Notes: generated from the letters alone by a model not told the origin. Positions 8,985 through 18,180 are shown, numbered from the stretch's first letter. The stretch is DNA of 49,729 bases from Candidatus Woesearchaeota archaeon (GCA_016203205.1 JACQNE010000003.1:1-49729); one strand, 5' to 3'. Numbers and translations: made by a program.

Positions 8985-9190
8985 AATAAAGCCCGTCATG
9001 AGAGTACCTGGGGGAGTGAACGGCAACGTCCCGCAAGGGATGCCAAAAATCTTTGGTTTTTGTGCACCAAGCCATGAACTCGGGGGTTAGTGATGCGGGC
9101 TTCATAATCATCGGCGCAAGTCGTAGAGTAAGACTTTCATCTTTATCACTCATCCACGATCAACGTACCATCGGTTTGACAGGTACGCAG
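8985..9190 (+). ncRNA. candidate structured non-coding RNA of unknown class
   Basis: A GC-rich block lies inside an A+T-rich 740-bp spacer. It has a GGCA-ACG-TCCC-GCAA-GGGA-TGCC hairpin with a GNRA loop on the + strand, a CGTACC...GGTACG hairpin, and a long-range AGCCCG/CGGGCT pairing. No credible ORF is present. The strand call rests only on the GNRA loop. Confidence 0.3.
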
Positions 9191-9249
9191 GAGTGCGTAA
9201 GCTATTGAATGTTCTTATTCTAGGGCCTTGTGAAAATGGAGGCATTACT

Positions 9250-10608
9250 ATGGCAAAAATAAGCCCAGTAGCGGCAAAATATATCATTCATTCAACGATT
9301 ACGATTGAGGGGATTGTCGATCGACCAGATGTTATCGGCGCAATTTTTGGGCAGACGGAAGGACTGCTGGGAAATGATCTGGAACTACGCGAACTACAAC
9401 GCAGCGGCCGTATTGGCCGCATTGAAGTCAACACCACTTCCAGTGGTGGCCGGACAAGTGGTGAAATTATCATCCCCAGTTCTTTGGATAAGACCGAAAC
9501 CGCCATCGTCGGTGCAGCGATGGAGATCATCCAGCGCATCGGCCCTTGCAATGCGAAGATCCAAGTCGGAAAAATAGAAGATGTGCGCATCAGTAAACGT
9601 CAATTTGTAATTGATCGGGCAAAACAGCTTCTGCGTCAATTAACCGAAGAAACTCTCCCCGATTCCCAAGAATTGGCTGACGAAGTCGCTCAATCCGTCC
9701 GGATGATGGAAGTTTGCGAATATGGCCCTGAACGTCTTGCTGCCGGACCGGGGATCGACGAAAGCGAAGAGGTCGTCATTGTGGAAGGCCGCGCTGATGT
9801 GTTGAACTTGCTGAAACATGGGTTTAAGAATGCTCTGGCGATGAATGGCACATCCTGTCCGCAGACGGTCAAAGATCTCAGCCACAAAAAGTCCATTACG
9901 GTCTTTGTCGATGGTGATCGTGGTGGCGATCTGATCATTCGGGAATTACTGAGTGTTGCTGACATCGATTTCGTCTGCAAAGCCCCAGATGGAAAAGAAG
10001 TTGAAGAAATAACCAAAAAAGAGATTCATAAAGCATTGCGCGGAAGGATTACCGCAGAACAGGCGAAAATGGATCTGGGCATCGATGAGCAAGGTGCTTT
10101 GCGGGAAGACCATCCGGATCAACATCAGAGCAGCTTCAACCGTAACCAACGGTCTTCATCCCGGCGCTTTGAAAATAGTCGGCCGCCACAAACAAGTCAA
10201 ACCAGTAATGGGAGTTCTGCGCTTCGTCCCAAAGTGTTGAGTAATACGCGGATGGAAAATAGCACCGCTGCACCTTTCGTTCCCCGTGGGGTAAGTGCTC
10301 CTCCACGGAAAACACTATCTCCGGAAGAGAAAAAAACACTGAAGAAGACTATGGAAGACCTCGTCGGAACACGAGGAGCCTGCATTTTTGATCCACAACT
10401 TAATATTCTGGGAAAAGTTCCTCTCAGCGAATTAAGTTCAACGATCAAGAGCCTCAATGGTGGAATCTATGGCGTTGCGTTAGACGGAGCAGTTGATATC
10501 GATCTATTAAAGCTGGTTGAAAAAATCGGCGTCAATTTTGTGATCGGCACATCAGCTAAGACAAAAGAGCCTTCTAAAGTAACAATTCTAACAGACGATC
10601 AACTGTAA
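9250..10608 (+). CDS. dnaG: archaeal DnaG-type primase/Toprim protein
   Basis: AAKYIIHSTITIEGIVDRPDVIGAIFGQTEGLLG is the conserved archaeal DnaG N-terminus. A Toprim region follows (VIVEGRADVLNL, FVDGDRGGD). There is an S/P/R/Q-rich linker before the C-terminal domain. The start was moved to the ATG at 9250. Confidence 0.9.
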   Translation: MAKISPVAAKYIIHSTITIEGIVDRPDVIGAIFGQTEGLLGNDLELRELQRSGRIGRIEVNTTSSGGRTSGEIIIPSSLDKTETAIVGAAMEIIQRIGPCNAKIQVGKIEDVRISKRQFVIDRAKQLLRQLTEETLPDSQELADEVAQSVRMMEVCEYGPERLAAGPGIDESEEVVIVEGRADVLNLLKHGFKNALAMNGTSCPQTVKDLSHKKSITVFVDGDRGGDLIIRELLSVADIDFVCKAPDGKEVEEITKKEIHKALRGRITAEQAKMDLGIDEQGALREDHPDQHQSSFNRNQRSSSRRFENSRPPQTSQTSNGSSALRPKVLSNTRMENSTAAPFVPRGVSAPPRKTLSPEEKKTLKKTMEDLVGTRGACIFDPQLNILGKVPLSELSSTIKSLNGGIYGVALDGAVDIDLLKLVEKIGVNFVIGTSAKTKEPSKVTILTDDQL

Positions 10609-10875
10609 AGTTGATTCTTTTTTTCTTTTCTTCCTTTTTTCTTCATGTCAAAATAGGCAGGGGACCACTGGTCAATAGACCGGTGGCATGTTCGCTTCGC
10701 TCACCCCTGCCTAATTTTGAACACGCAAGTATTCCACAAATAAATAAGTGGTTTGCTTGCAAACCACCACTCAAAACACTTAATGAAGCAACGACTTCAT
10801 TAGTGTCCCAGTGAAATATTCTTTTCACTGTGGAGAGTGGTGGAATACTCCGCGTTTTAACGATCAGGTGATTTC

Positions 10876-11319
10876 GTACGTATTAAATGAAATGAGCAGA
10901 AATCCCCACTATTCCCTGAAAAATGCTTTGCATTTTTGGGGTCCCAGAAGCAGCAGCTTCTGTGGATATAGTAGGGGATGAATGCTGCGATTGATTTCGC
11001 TACATTTCATTTCGGGAAATAAAGAAACTACTTTATTTCCGAACAGAAAAGAAATCGTTGTTTCTTTTCTTGTTTAGAAAATCTGTCTCGGAAAAATGGC
11101 GAAAATCCCCACCATTTATGGTTGGGGATAGCCACTTTTCAGGATTTTCTTTAAGTCTGTGCTTGGGCAGGTCGGTCTGCCTCGTCTCGCTCAGAAGTAG
11201 AGATTAGTTGAACTGAAGAACTATGCTCAGAGATGAGCGAGACAATTATCCCTCTGTCAAATCGCAACGCTCGGCAGGCCATCTTGACCAAGCCCGCACA
11301 GACTTAACTTAATACGTAC
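10876..11319 (+). mobile_element. MITE family A, copy A1, carrying a nested 268-bp insertion
   Basis: The ends gtacgtattaa...gcacagacttaacttaatacgtac match the other copies. An exact 8-bp direct repeat gtgatttc flanks it (10868-10875 and 11320-11327). Confidence 0.85.
10887..11154 (+). mobile_element. nested element X inside the terminal repeat of MITE A1
   Basis: It splits the conserved gtacgtattaa|gtctgtgc terminus. It is preceded by ttaa (10883-10886) and ends in ttaa (11151-11154). Its two ends are shared with the 80-bp insert at 31415-31494. Confidence 0.65.
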
Positions 11320-11363
11320 GTGATTTCGATAGTTTTTTATGCTTTTTACGCTTTAGTCACTAA

Positions 11364-12707
11364 ATGGTGTTTGATGTCATTATCGGCCGTTCCCGGAAAG
11401 ATGTTGAAAAACATGGCCAGCAAGGGACAATTCTCATCGGCAAACAATACGTCCAGATGGGCCAGACCGTCTCACTCTCCAACCCCGTGTATCTCGACGT
11501 TGCCGGCGCGCATGTTCTTTTTATTGTCGGAAAGAGAGGATCGGGAAAGTCTTACTCGCTCGGCGCCATCGCCGAAGGCCTTGCTGACCTGCCTCTCGAA
11601 ATCAGGCAAAACCTTTCCATTATCCTGCTGGATACCATGGGTATTTATTGGACAATGAAATATCCTAACTATCAGGATATAGGCTTATTAAAAGATTGGG
11701 GGATAGATCCTCGACCATTGGACGTTAAAATTTATACCCCCGCCGGATTTTACGGCCAGTATAAAGAATCGGGCATCCCTACCGATTTCCCTTTCTCCCT
11801 GCGCCCTATCGATGTTGACCCTCTCGACTGGTGCACAGCTTTTTCCATCCAGCCAAATTCGGCAGAAGGCGTGCTGATCACCAAGATTATCCAGCAGCTG
11901 AACGGCAAAGAAGAATCCTATGACCTGGATCAACTGATTCTGCTCATCAAAAAAGATACCGAAAGCGATCACGTCGTTAAAAGTATCGTTGTTAACCAAT
12001 TTGAAAAAGCAAAAGGCTGGGAAATTTTTTCCAAAGAAGGAACTCCGTTGAAAGAACTGATTGCAGGGGGTCAGGTAACCGTTCTTGACGTTTCCCCTTA
12101 TGCGACGATGTCTTCTGGCTGGGAAATTAAGTCTCTCGTCGTCGGTCTGATCTGCCGCACCCTCTTTAATCAACGCATGCTCGCCCGCAAAACAGAAGAA
12201 TTCAAGACTGTTGATGCGGCCATGCATTATTTCACCAAAGATGTGGAAGAGAAGCTCAAAGAACCGTTAGTCTGGATCGGTCTTGATGAAGCTCATGAAT
12301 TGCTGCCCAAAGAAGGAAAGACGGCGGCAACAGATTCACTCATCACCATTTTGCGGGAAGGGCGCCAGCCTGGCATCTCACTCATTCTCGCTTCGCAGCA
12401 GCCGGGCAAGATCCATACCGATGTCCTGACTCAGGCAGACACAGTCATCGCCCATCGCCTGACGGCACAGATCGACGTTGAGGCCTTGCAGCAATTAACC
12501 CAGAGCTACATGCGTCAAGGCTTAGAAGAGGAGATCAACCATCTGCCACGGGTGACGGGAGCTGCCGTCATTTTCGACGATGCTAACGAGCGCATCTTTC
12601 CCGTGCAGATGCGTCCAAGATTTACGTGGCATGGCGGCGGTTCACCAACTGCGCTGAAAGAGAAGAAAGATTCTGGAGAAAAGAGATTAAGAGAATTGGA
12701 TATTTGA
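11364..12707 (+). CDS. HerA/FtsK-like P-loop ATPase (DUF87-type)
   Basis: Walker A GKRGSGKS and Walker B LVWIGLDEAHELL are present, along with a later ILASQQPGKI...AHRL segment. No NurA-like partner is adjacent. Confidence 0.7.
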   Translation: MVFDVIIGRSRKDVEKHGQQGTILIGKQYVQMGQTVSLSNPVYLDVAGAHVLFIVGKRGSGKSYSLGAIAEGLADLPLEIRQNLSIILLDTMGIYWTMKYPNYQDIGLLKDWGIDPRPLDVKIYTPAGFYGQYKESGIPTDFPFSLRPIDVDPLDWCTAFSIQPNSAEGVLITKIIQQLNGKEESYDLDQLILLIKKDTESDHVVKSIVVNQFEKAKGWEIFSKEGTPLKELIAGGQVTVLDVSPYATMSSGWEIKSLVVGLICRTLFNQRMLARKTEEFKTVDAAMHYFTKDVEEKLKEPLVWIGLDEAHELLPKEGKTAATDSLITILREGRQPGISLILASQQPGKIHTDVLTQADTVIAHRLTAQIDVEALQQLTQSYMRQGLEEEINHLPRVTGAAVIFDDANERIFPVQMRPRFTWHGGGSPTALKEKKDSGEKRLRELDI

Positions 12708-12817
12708 GGGAAAATGACCCCAGCGGATAACTCCCCTGATCATGGTCATCACAAGGGCATGCTGCGCTGGGTTTACTCTTCAAAATTGATTATCTTTTAA
12801 AAAACTATCTACGGTTT

Positions 12818-13031
12818 GGCACAATTCGAGAAGTGAGTGATATTACTAAAAGTAGGAGAGTGCTGCAGGCCGTTCGGTCAGGCGAAAACCGGATAGAACA
12901 AAACACTTCTCACAAGATTGTGATTCGATAGTTGGTTTTCGCTCCAACATCTTTGGGAAATAGCACTTCTGACCGAACATCGTGGCCGAGCAGCACTCTC
13001 CGCCGTTATCACTCAGAAAAGGGATTGTGCC
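12818..13031. mobile_element. MITE family B-related, copy B2 (214 bp)
   Basis: Its TIR ggcacaattcgagaagtgagtgata / tatcactcagaaaagggattgtgcc is shared with B1, but the interior differs. An exact 8-bp tacggttt lies on both sides (12810-12817 and 13032-13039). Confidence 0.8.
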
Positions 13032-13039
13032 TACGGTTT

Positions 13040-13203
13040 GGCACTGTAGAAAAAGTCCTCCTGGCCATTGACCGCGGCGAAAACCAGTTGTGTTTAAGTT
13101 TATAGAACCAGTTATTTAATCTTATTCTTTTCGCACCCGTTCCAGCAGATCACTCCTCGCGGTCAATCTTGAGGCCAAGCAGACGACTTTTTCTATAGAG
13201 CCC
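13040..13203. mobile_element. MITE family C (164 bp), abutting B2
   Basis: TIR is ggcactgtagaaaaagtc / gactttttctatagagcc(c). It is flanked by tacggttt at 13032-13039 and again at 13204-13211. End fragments of the same family lie at about 21108-21137 and 24421-24443. Confidence 0.75.
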
Positions 13204-14390
13204 TACGGTTTCCATTCTTCTTTCAATTCGCAATATCTTAATCCTTGATCCTTTGTCCAGACAAGATAGAGATCGTCCAAAGAGGGCACTCCCTCAACTT
13301 CCGTATCCACCACTGATTTTTGTCCGGTAACCAGATTATATGCTTCTAACTGATTTCCTGCGACCCGCGCGGCGAGTGTCCTGCCATTAAATGCGCCGTT
13401 GGTAGTATAATCTTGGAGAGAAGAAAATAATTCGAACACATCATCCCAGATAAAATCGTATAGCATCAGCTTGATTGTTCCATCGGCTTCGTATCGTGAA
13501 AAAAGCAGCGCGTTATCTTTGACTAAAGGGCTGTAATCATTTGTTCCTTCCGGTTGGGGAAGAAAGAAGAGCGACTCATCGATAAACCTCCAGAGATAGA
13601 TCGCAGATCCAGCGTTCTTATTTTTCCCGGCAAAGGCAATCGTTTCGTGATCAAAAACGATGTTGGCTGCTCCTGAATCGAGAACAATAGCTGCAACTTC
13701 TTCATCAAAAGAAGCGTTACCAACAACCATCTTTAGGGCATGATCTAAGGTAACATACAAAGCATTGTCGATATCGGCGGGGCATAATCCATCATAAACG
13801 ACTTCTCCAGAGATCAAATTAATCATCTGGCAATTGCCCGGTAGTGTCGTTCCTGAATAGACTCCAGACAGATGATGACTTTCCAGGCGCAGCTTCTCTC
13901 CCTTCAACGGGGCAAGAGAGACAATCTTTTTCCCGGGGATGTCCAGCAGGCTTATCTCTTTGTCCTTGTTCTCAAAAGCGATCGTATAATCCGCTACGAC
14001 GGGACCAAAGTATCCACCATTCTTCCCGGAGAGAATCTCAATCGAATCACAGAGGCAGGGCGAACTCTCGTCGCAAGACATACTCTCCGGAACACGCTTT
14101 TCCGGAAGCGCTTCTTCCCCATAAACTCTCTCCGTTTCAGGAAGCCCCCGTCCGGTCTTTGTTTCTGAGGGGATCGGGACTTCGGGAATCGTGAGAACAT
14201 TGTCCTCATTTTCCGGGTTAACATCAATATATCCCTGATGAATCACACTCGTTATTGCATCGGGATTGCCATCAACATATTTTTCTATTTCCTCTTTCTT
14301 TGTCCCGGCGGTGCAAGCAGAAAAGACAAGCGCAGCTATCCCTGCCGCAACAGTTTTTTTGATTATCGGATGAATATATCGCTCCAGCAT
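13203..14390 (-). CDS. hypothetical secreted protein with lipobox-like signal
   Basis: From the ATG at 14390 the N-terminus reads MLERYIHPIIKKTVAAGIAALVFSAC (basic n-region, hydrophobic core, then SAC). No recognisable domain follows. Confidence 0.5.
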   Translation of the reverse strand: MLERYIHPIIKKTVAAGIAALVFSACTAGTKKEEIEKYVDGNPDAITSVIHQGYIDVNPENEDNVLTIPEVPIPSETKTGRGLPETERVYGEEALPEKRVPESMSCDESSPCLCDSIEILSGKNGGYFGPVVADYTIAFENKDKEISLLDIPGKKIVSLAPLKGEKLRLESHHLSGVYSGTTLPGNCQMINLISGEVVYDGLCPADIDNALYVTLDHALKMVVGNASFDEEVAAIVLDSGAANIVFDHETIAFAGKNKNAGSAIYLWRFIDESLFFLPQPEGTNDYSPLVKDNALLFSRYEADGTIKLMLYDFIWDDVFELFSSLQDYTTNGAFNGRTLAARVAGNQLEAYNLVTGQKSVVDTEVEGVPSLDDLYLVWTKDQGLRYCELKEEWKP

Positions 14391-14461
14391 TTTTTTTTCT
14401 GGGCTGGAGATTGATATATAACTATTTCTCTCTTCCAATTACACTCTCAAATACTATAAAT

Positions 14462-14748
14462 GTATTTGTTTGGCTTTTCCGGCTGGCCGTGCGTGAGAGC
14501 GGAAAATCGGCCGTGTTCCTTGCTTCAAGACATGTCATGGCTCGAACTTTTTCCGCACATCAATCTTCAGTATAAAGCTCTAATCTCACTCACAAGAAAA
14601 TTGAAAACTATCAATTTTCTGTGCATGAAAACGAACAACGATTCGTTTTCGGCACTGAAATGAGATAGTTTTCTCATTTCATGTGCTGAAATGAAATCGT
14701 CGTTTCATTTCATGCACCGCTTGGCCGAGCCGCCAGCCAAACAAATAC
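14462..14748. mobile_element. MITE family D (287 bp) between a lipoprotein-like gene and infB
   Basis: Has 13-bp perfect TIRs gtatttgtttggc / gccaaacaaatac. It is flanked by tataaat at 14455-14461 and 14749-14755. Internal hairpins are built on gaaatga(a/g)at motifs. Confidence 0.75.
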
Positions 14749-14754
14749 TATAAA

Positions 14755-14764
14755 TTTAAAAATA
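14755..14764 (+). promoter_or_regulatory. TATA-box-like element upstream of infB
   Basis: tttaaaaata is centred about 26 nt upstream of the ATG at 14785. It lies immediately after the right-hand target duplication of MITE D. Confidence 0.4.
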
Positions 14765-14784
14765 AGCGTAATAGATAGCTCATC

Positions 14785-16572
14785 ATGGCAACGCGTAAAG
14801 TACTGGTCACCATTGTTGGACATGTTGATCATGGGAAAACATCTCTTTTGGATAAGATCAGGCACAGCGCTGTGGCTGCTGGCGAAGCGGGGGCGATCAC
14901 CCAGGCCATTGGCGTCTCGATTATTCCCATTGACATCATCCAAAAAATCTGTGGCAAGCTCCTTGACCTCTCCGGGAAGAAGCTCACTGTGCCTGGTCTT
15001 TTGACTATCGATACTCCCGGCCATGCCGCTTTCGTCTCCCTGCGCAAACGCGGCGGCAGCCTGGCGGACATTGCCATCCTCGTTGTTGATATTAACGAAG
15101 GCTTCCGGCCGCAAACTTTAGAATCTATCGAGATTCTGCGGGCGCATAAAGTTCCTTTTGTCATTGCCGCAAATAAAGTTGATCTGGTTCCCAACTGGAA
15201 ATGGAATCAGCGTGATTTTCTTCTTGATGCAATCAATAATTTAGATTATTCCATCCAGGGCGAATTTGAAAAGAGAATGTACAATCTTGTCGGTCAATTC
15301 CAGGAAATAACTCTCCAGGCGGAACGCTTTGATCGCGTGCAGGATTATACAAAACAGCTGGCGATCGTGCCCGTCTCCGCTTTCACTGGCCAAGGCATTC
15401 CTGAACTATTGATGGTATTGATGGGTCTCGCCCAGAAATATCTGGAAGCCAGGCTGCAGATTGAAGTAAAAGGAAAAGCTAAAGGCACGATTTTGGAGGT
15501 GACTGAAGAGAAAGGTTTGGGAACGACGATGAATACAATTATCTACGATGGCCATCTTTTGGTGAACGATACGATTGTTATTGGCGGTCTTGATCAACCA
15601 ATCGTCACAAAAGTTCGTGCCTTGCTCGAGCCGGCAGAACTCGCTGAAATGCGTGACAAGAAAAGCGCGTTCCGTAACGTGAAAGAAGTATTTGCCGCCA
15701 CCGGCGTCAAGATCGTCGCGCCAGGTATTGAGAAAGCGATCGCCGGCATGCCCTTACGTGCCGTGGAGAATAAGCCGGAAGAGATCGACCGCCTGAAAGA
15801 AGAGATACAACGTGACATCGGCGAAGTTCTGATTCTGGAAAGCGATGCGGTCGGCGTCGTTCTCAAAGCTGATACCCTTGGTGGATTGGAAGCGTTGAAA
15901 GTTATCCTCGGTGAAAAACAGATACCGATCGCTTCAGCATCGTTGGGCACGGTAACCAAACGCGACATCTCTCAGGTGGAATCGTTGAGAGACAAAGATG
16001 AATTTTATGGGGTCTTGTTGGGTTTCAATATCATCGTTCCTGCTGAGATTATAGAATATTGCACGGCAAAGAATATCAAGCTCATTGTCCATAACGTTAT
16101 CTACCAAGTTATCGAAGAATATGAACGTTATACTACCGAACTGAAGAAGATGATAGAACTGCGTGAATTATCTACCCTGGTCCGGCCGTGCAAGTTTCTC
16201 CTGCTTAAAGGCTATGTCTTCCGGCAGAATAATCCCGCTATCGTCGGCGTGGAAATCGAGATCGGCCGTCTCCGTTCCGGCGATCCGCTGATGGACCAGC
16301 AAGGCCGGCGCCTGACGGTGGTGAAGAGCATGAAAGAAGGGCAGGAAACGATCACCATCGCCGAGCAAGGAAAGCAGTTGGCTCTGGCTATGGATAACGT
16401 GACCATCGGAAGACAAGTGCAGGAAGGAGATTTTCTCTATACTGATATTCCGGAAGAGCATTTCAAGAAACTGAAAGCATTGAAGAGGCATCTCACCAAG
16501 ATCGAAGTCGCGGTGTTGAAGGAGGTAGCTGAGATCAAGAGAAAAGAAAATCCGGTGTGGGGGGTGGGATGA
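14785..16572 (+). CDS. infB: translation initiation factor aIF5B (IF2-type GTPase)
   Basis: G motifs GHVDHGKT, DTPGH and NKVD are present. The length and domain order are typical of aIF5B. Confidence 0.93.
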   Translation: MATRKVLVTIVGHVDHGKTSLLDKIRHSAVAAGEAGAITQAIGVSIIPIDIIQKICGKLLDLSGKKLTVPGLLTIDTPGHAAFVSLRKRGGSLADIAILVVDINEGFRPQTLESIEILRAHKVPFVIAANKVDLVPNWKWNQRDFLLDAINNLDYSIQGEFEKRMYNLVGQFQEITLQAERFDRVQDYTKQLAIVPVSAFTGQGIPELLMVLMGLAQKYLEARLQIEVKGKAKGTILEVTEEKGLGTTMNTIIYDGHLLVNDTIVIGGLDQPIVTKVRALLEPAELAEMRDKKSAFRNVKEVFAATGVKIVAPGIEKAIAGMPLRAVENKPEEIDRLKEEIQRDIGEVLILESDAVGVVLKADTLGGLEALKVILGEKQIPIASASLGTVTKRDISQVESLRDKDEFYGVLLGFNIIVPAEIIEYCTAKNIKLIVHNVIYQVIEEYERYTTELKKMIELRELSTLVRPCKFLLLKGYVFRQNNPAIVGVEIEIGRLRSGDPLMDQQGRRLTVVKSMKEGQETITIAEQGKQLALAMDNVTIGRQVQEGDFLYTDIPEEHFKKLKALKRHLTKIEVAVLKEVAEIKRKENPVWGVG

Positions 16573-18180
16573 TTAGTTTTGTCCACGCACAGCTGGACCA
16601 ATATATTTATCTAGTAGAGAAGGTCTAGCAACTCTCTCGACAGGTTTTCCGGGCGGAATTGTGATCTTAAACTTTTCTCGAAGCAGATCATATTCCTCTT
16701 GTGCTTCTGCGAGAATTTCTGAATCTTTTATGAGAGATACAGAGACGCCCCCTAAAATCAATGGATCAATCTCTTCGCCAGAATCAAGAATCCCGTCGGC
16801 AGGTGCATTATCCACATATACTCTTTTTCTGGCCGAAAAAGGATTACTTGAAGTTTCATGCATCTCCAACTTCTCGCTAGAGTAATGTTTCAAAGTCCTT
16901 CTTCCCAATAGTTCGTAGGGAACACTCATTGTTCTTGTTCCTTCCTGGGTGTAATCTGTTTTAGTATTATTAACATAATTAAATCCAAAAGATGCTATCC
17001 AAAATAACCCACAAATTGCAGCTGCCGTCAATCCCATTTGCGTCCAACCATGGACCATTTGCCATTTCTGCTGGAGAAAAGATCCTAGCCCCGCGTATTT
17101 GCGATCATGCTCTTTTCTGGTATTTTGACTATCAACCATCATTTCTCTCACAATATTCTCTTCTCTAAACACGTACCCTTTATCATCTACCAACTCAAAC
17201 TTCTCCATTCTTCTTTCTGGATTGGTTTCTAATCCGGCGGCGATTACTGCTTTAAGTCCATCATATTCTTTAGGAAAATAGATCTTAGCCAATTTATCCT
17301 TAATGTCTGCCGGTGTCGTGAAGTGGCTAAATTCTGTGCCAAGAAGCATGGACACTGCCGTAGCACAGGTACTATATACATCAGCAGCCTTGGACGGTTT
17401 TTTACCATCTTGGACTTCCGGTGCGGCATACGCCGGAGTGCCAATAAAAGATCCTGCGCTGTATAACACCGTAGTTTGTCCTTCCTTTTTGGAAAGACCA
17501 AAATCAATTATCCCAAAGTCGCCGTCTTCCAATTCTACAAAATTACGGGGATTAGGATCACGATGTAATACATTATTAATGTGAAGTTTTCCCACCATTG
17601 ATAGTGCTTTTTCGAGGAATTTTTTGACGGAAGAAAAGTCATAATTTTTTTCTGCAAAGCGCTCGGCCAGATTTCCTGTTCCTAGCCAGTGGCTGTAAAG
17701 GATATATTCTGTATCCACCCCTTCACCGAAGCGCTTGGGGTTTTTTCTGATTTCGAACGCAAAATATCGGACCAATCCCTCAATCTCCAGACCTCTGGTT
17801 ATGGCTGCTTCTCTTTCTAAGCGATCTACCTGAGACCAATCATCCATTTTTTGCAAACTTACCGCTTTGGCAGCGACATCAAAATTGACTGCGGACTGAT
17901 CACTGCTTATCAGTCTTGTAACTTCACCTTGACCACCATGTATCTCTTGTCTGACTGTATAGTTCCCTGTCTTAATCTCACTGAGGATCGCTTCTTCTAA
18001 TCCGCTAAGAACAGCTTGAGGAATACATCGCGGTCCTTCACTAGCTTCCCTTTGTGCCACTGGTGTAATCATCCCAGCATCAACATAAATCCCTTTTTCC
18101 TGAAGTTCAGCGATGCTACCTTCTAAAACAGGCGTTTCTTCTCTAAACGTATCGCTTTCGTTAGTTTCTGTTTCAGACAT
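16573..18180 (-). CDS. Hanks-type Ser/Thr protein kinase with one transmembrane segment and C-terminal extracytoplasmic region
   Basis: HRDPNPRNF, DFGLSK and GTPAYAAPE are present, with a TM segment LTAAAICGLFWIASFGF. The ATG at 18180 is preferred over the TTG at 18246. Its stop abuts the infB stop with no spacer. Confidence 0.8.
   Translation of the reverse strand: MSETETNESDTFREETPVLEGSIAELQEKGIYVDAGMITPVAQREASEGPRCIPQAVLSGLEEAILSEIKTGNYTVRQEIHGGQGEVTRLISSDQSAVNFDVAAKAVSLQKMDDWSQVDRLEREAAITRGLEIEGLVRYFAFEIRKNPKRFGEGVDTEYILYSHWLGTGNLAERFAEKNYDFSSVKKFLEKALSMVGKLHINNVLHRDPNPRNFVELEDGDFGIIDFGLSKKEGQTTVLYSAGSFIGTPAYAAPEVQDGKKPSKAADVYSTCATAVSMLLGTEFSHFTTPADIKDKLAKIYFPKEYDGLKAVIAAGLETNPERRMEKFELVDDKGYVFREENIVREMMVDSQNTRKEHDRKYAGLGSFLQQKWQMVHGWTQMGLTAAAICGLFWIASFGFNYVNNTKTDYTQEGTRTMSVPYELLGRRTLKHYSSEKLEMHETSSNPFSARKRVYVDNAPADGILDSGEEIDPLILGGVSVSLIKDSEILAEAQEEYDLLREKFKITIPPGKPVERVARPSLLDKYIGPAVRGQN

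Noticed and set aside
8959-9153. 64-aa minus-strand ORF, and the idea that the block is RNase P or SRP RNA
   Set aside because: The ORF has no start context and covers a helix-rich GC block. For RNase P only short CR-I/CR-V-like strings are present and I could not build the fold. For SRP the asymmetric helix-8 loop (AGCA side) is missing. It is kept only as an unclassified ncRNA candidate.
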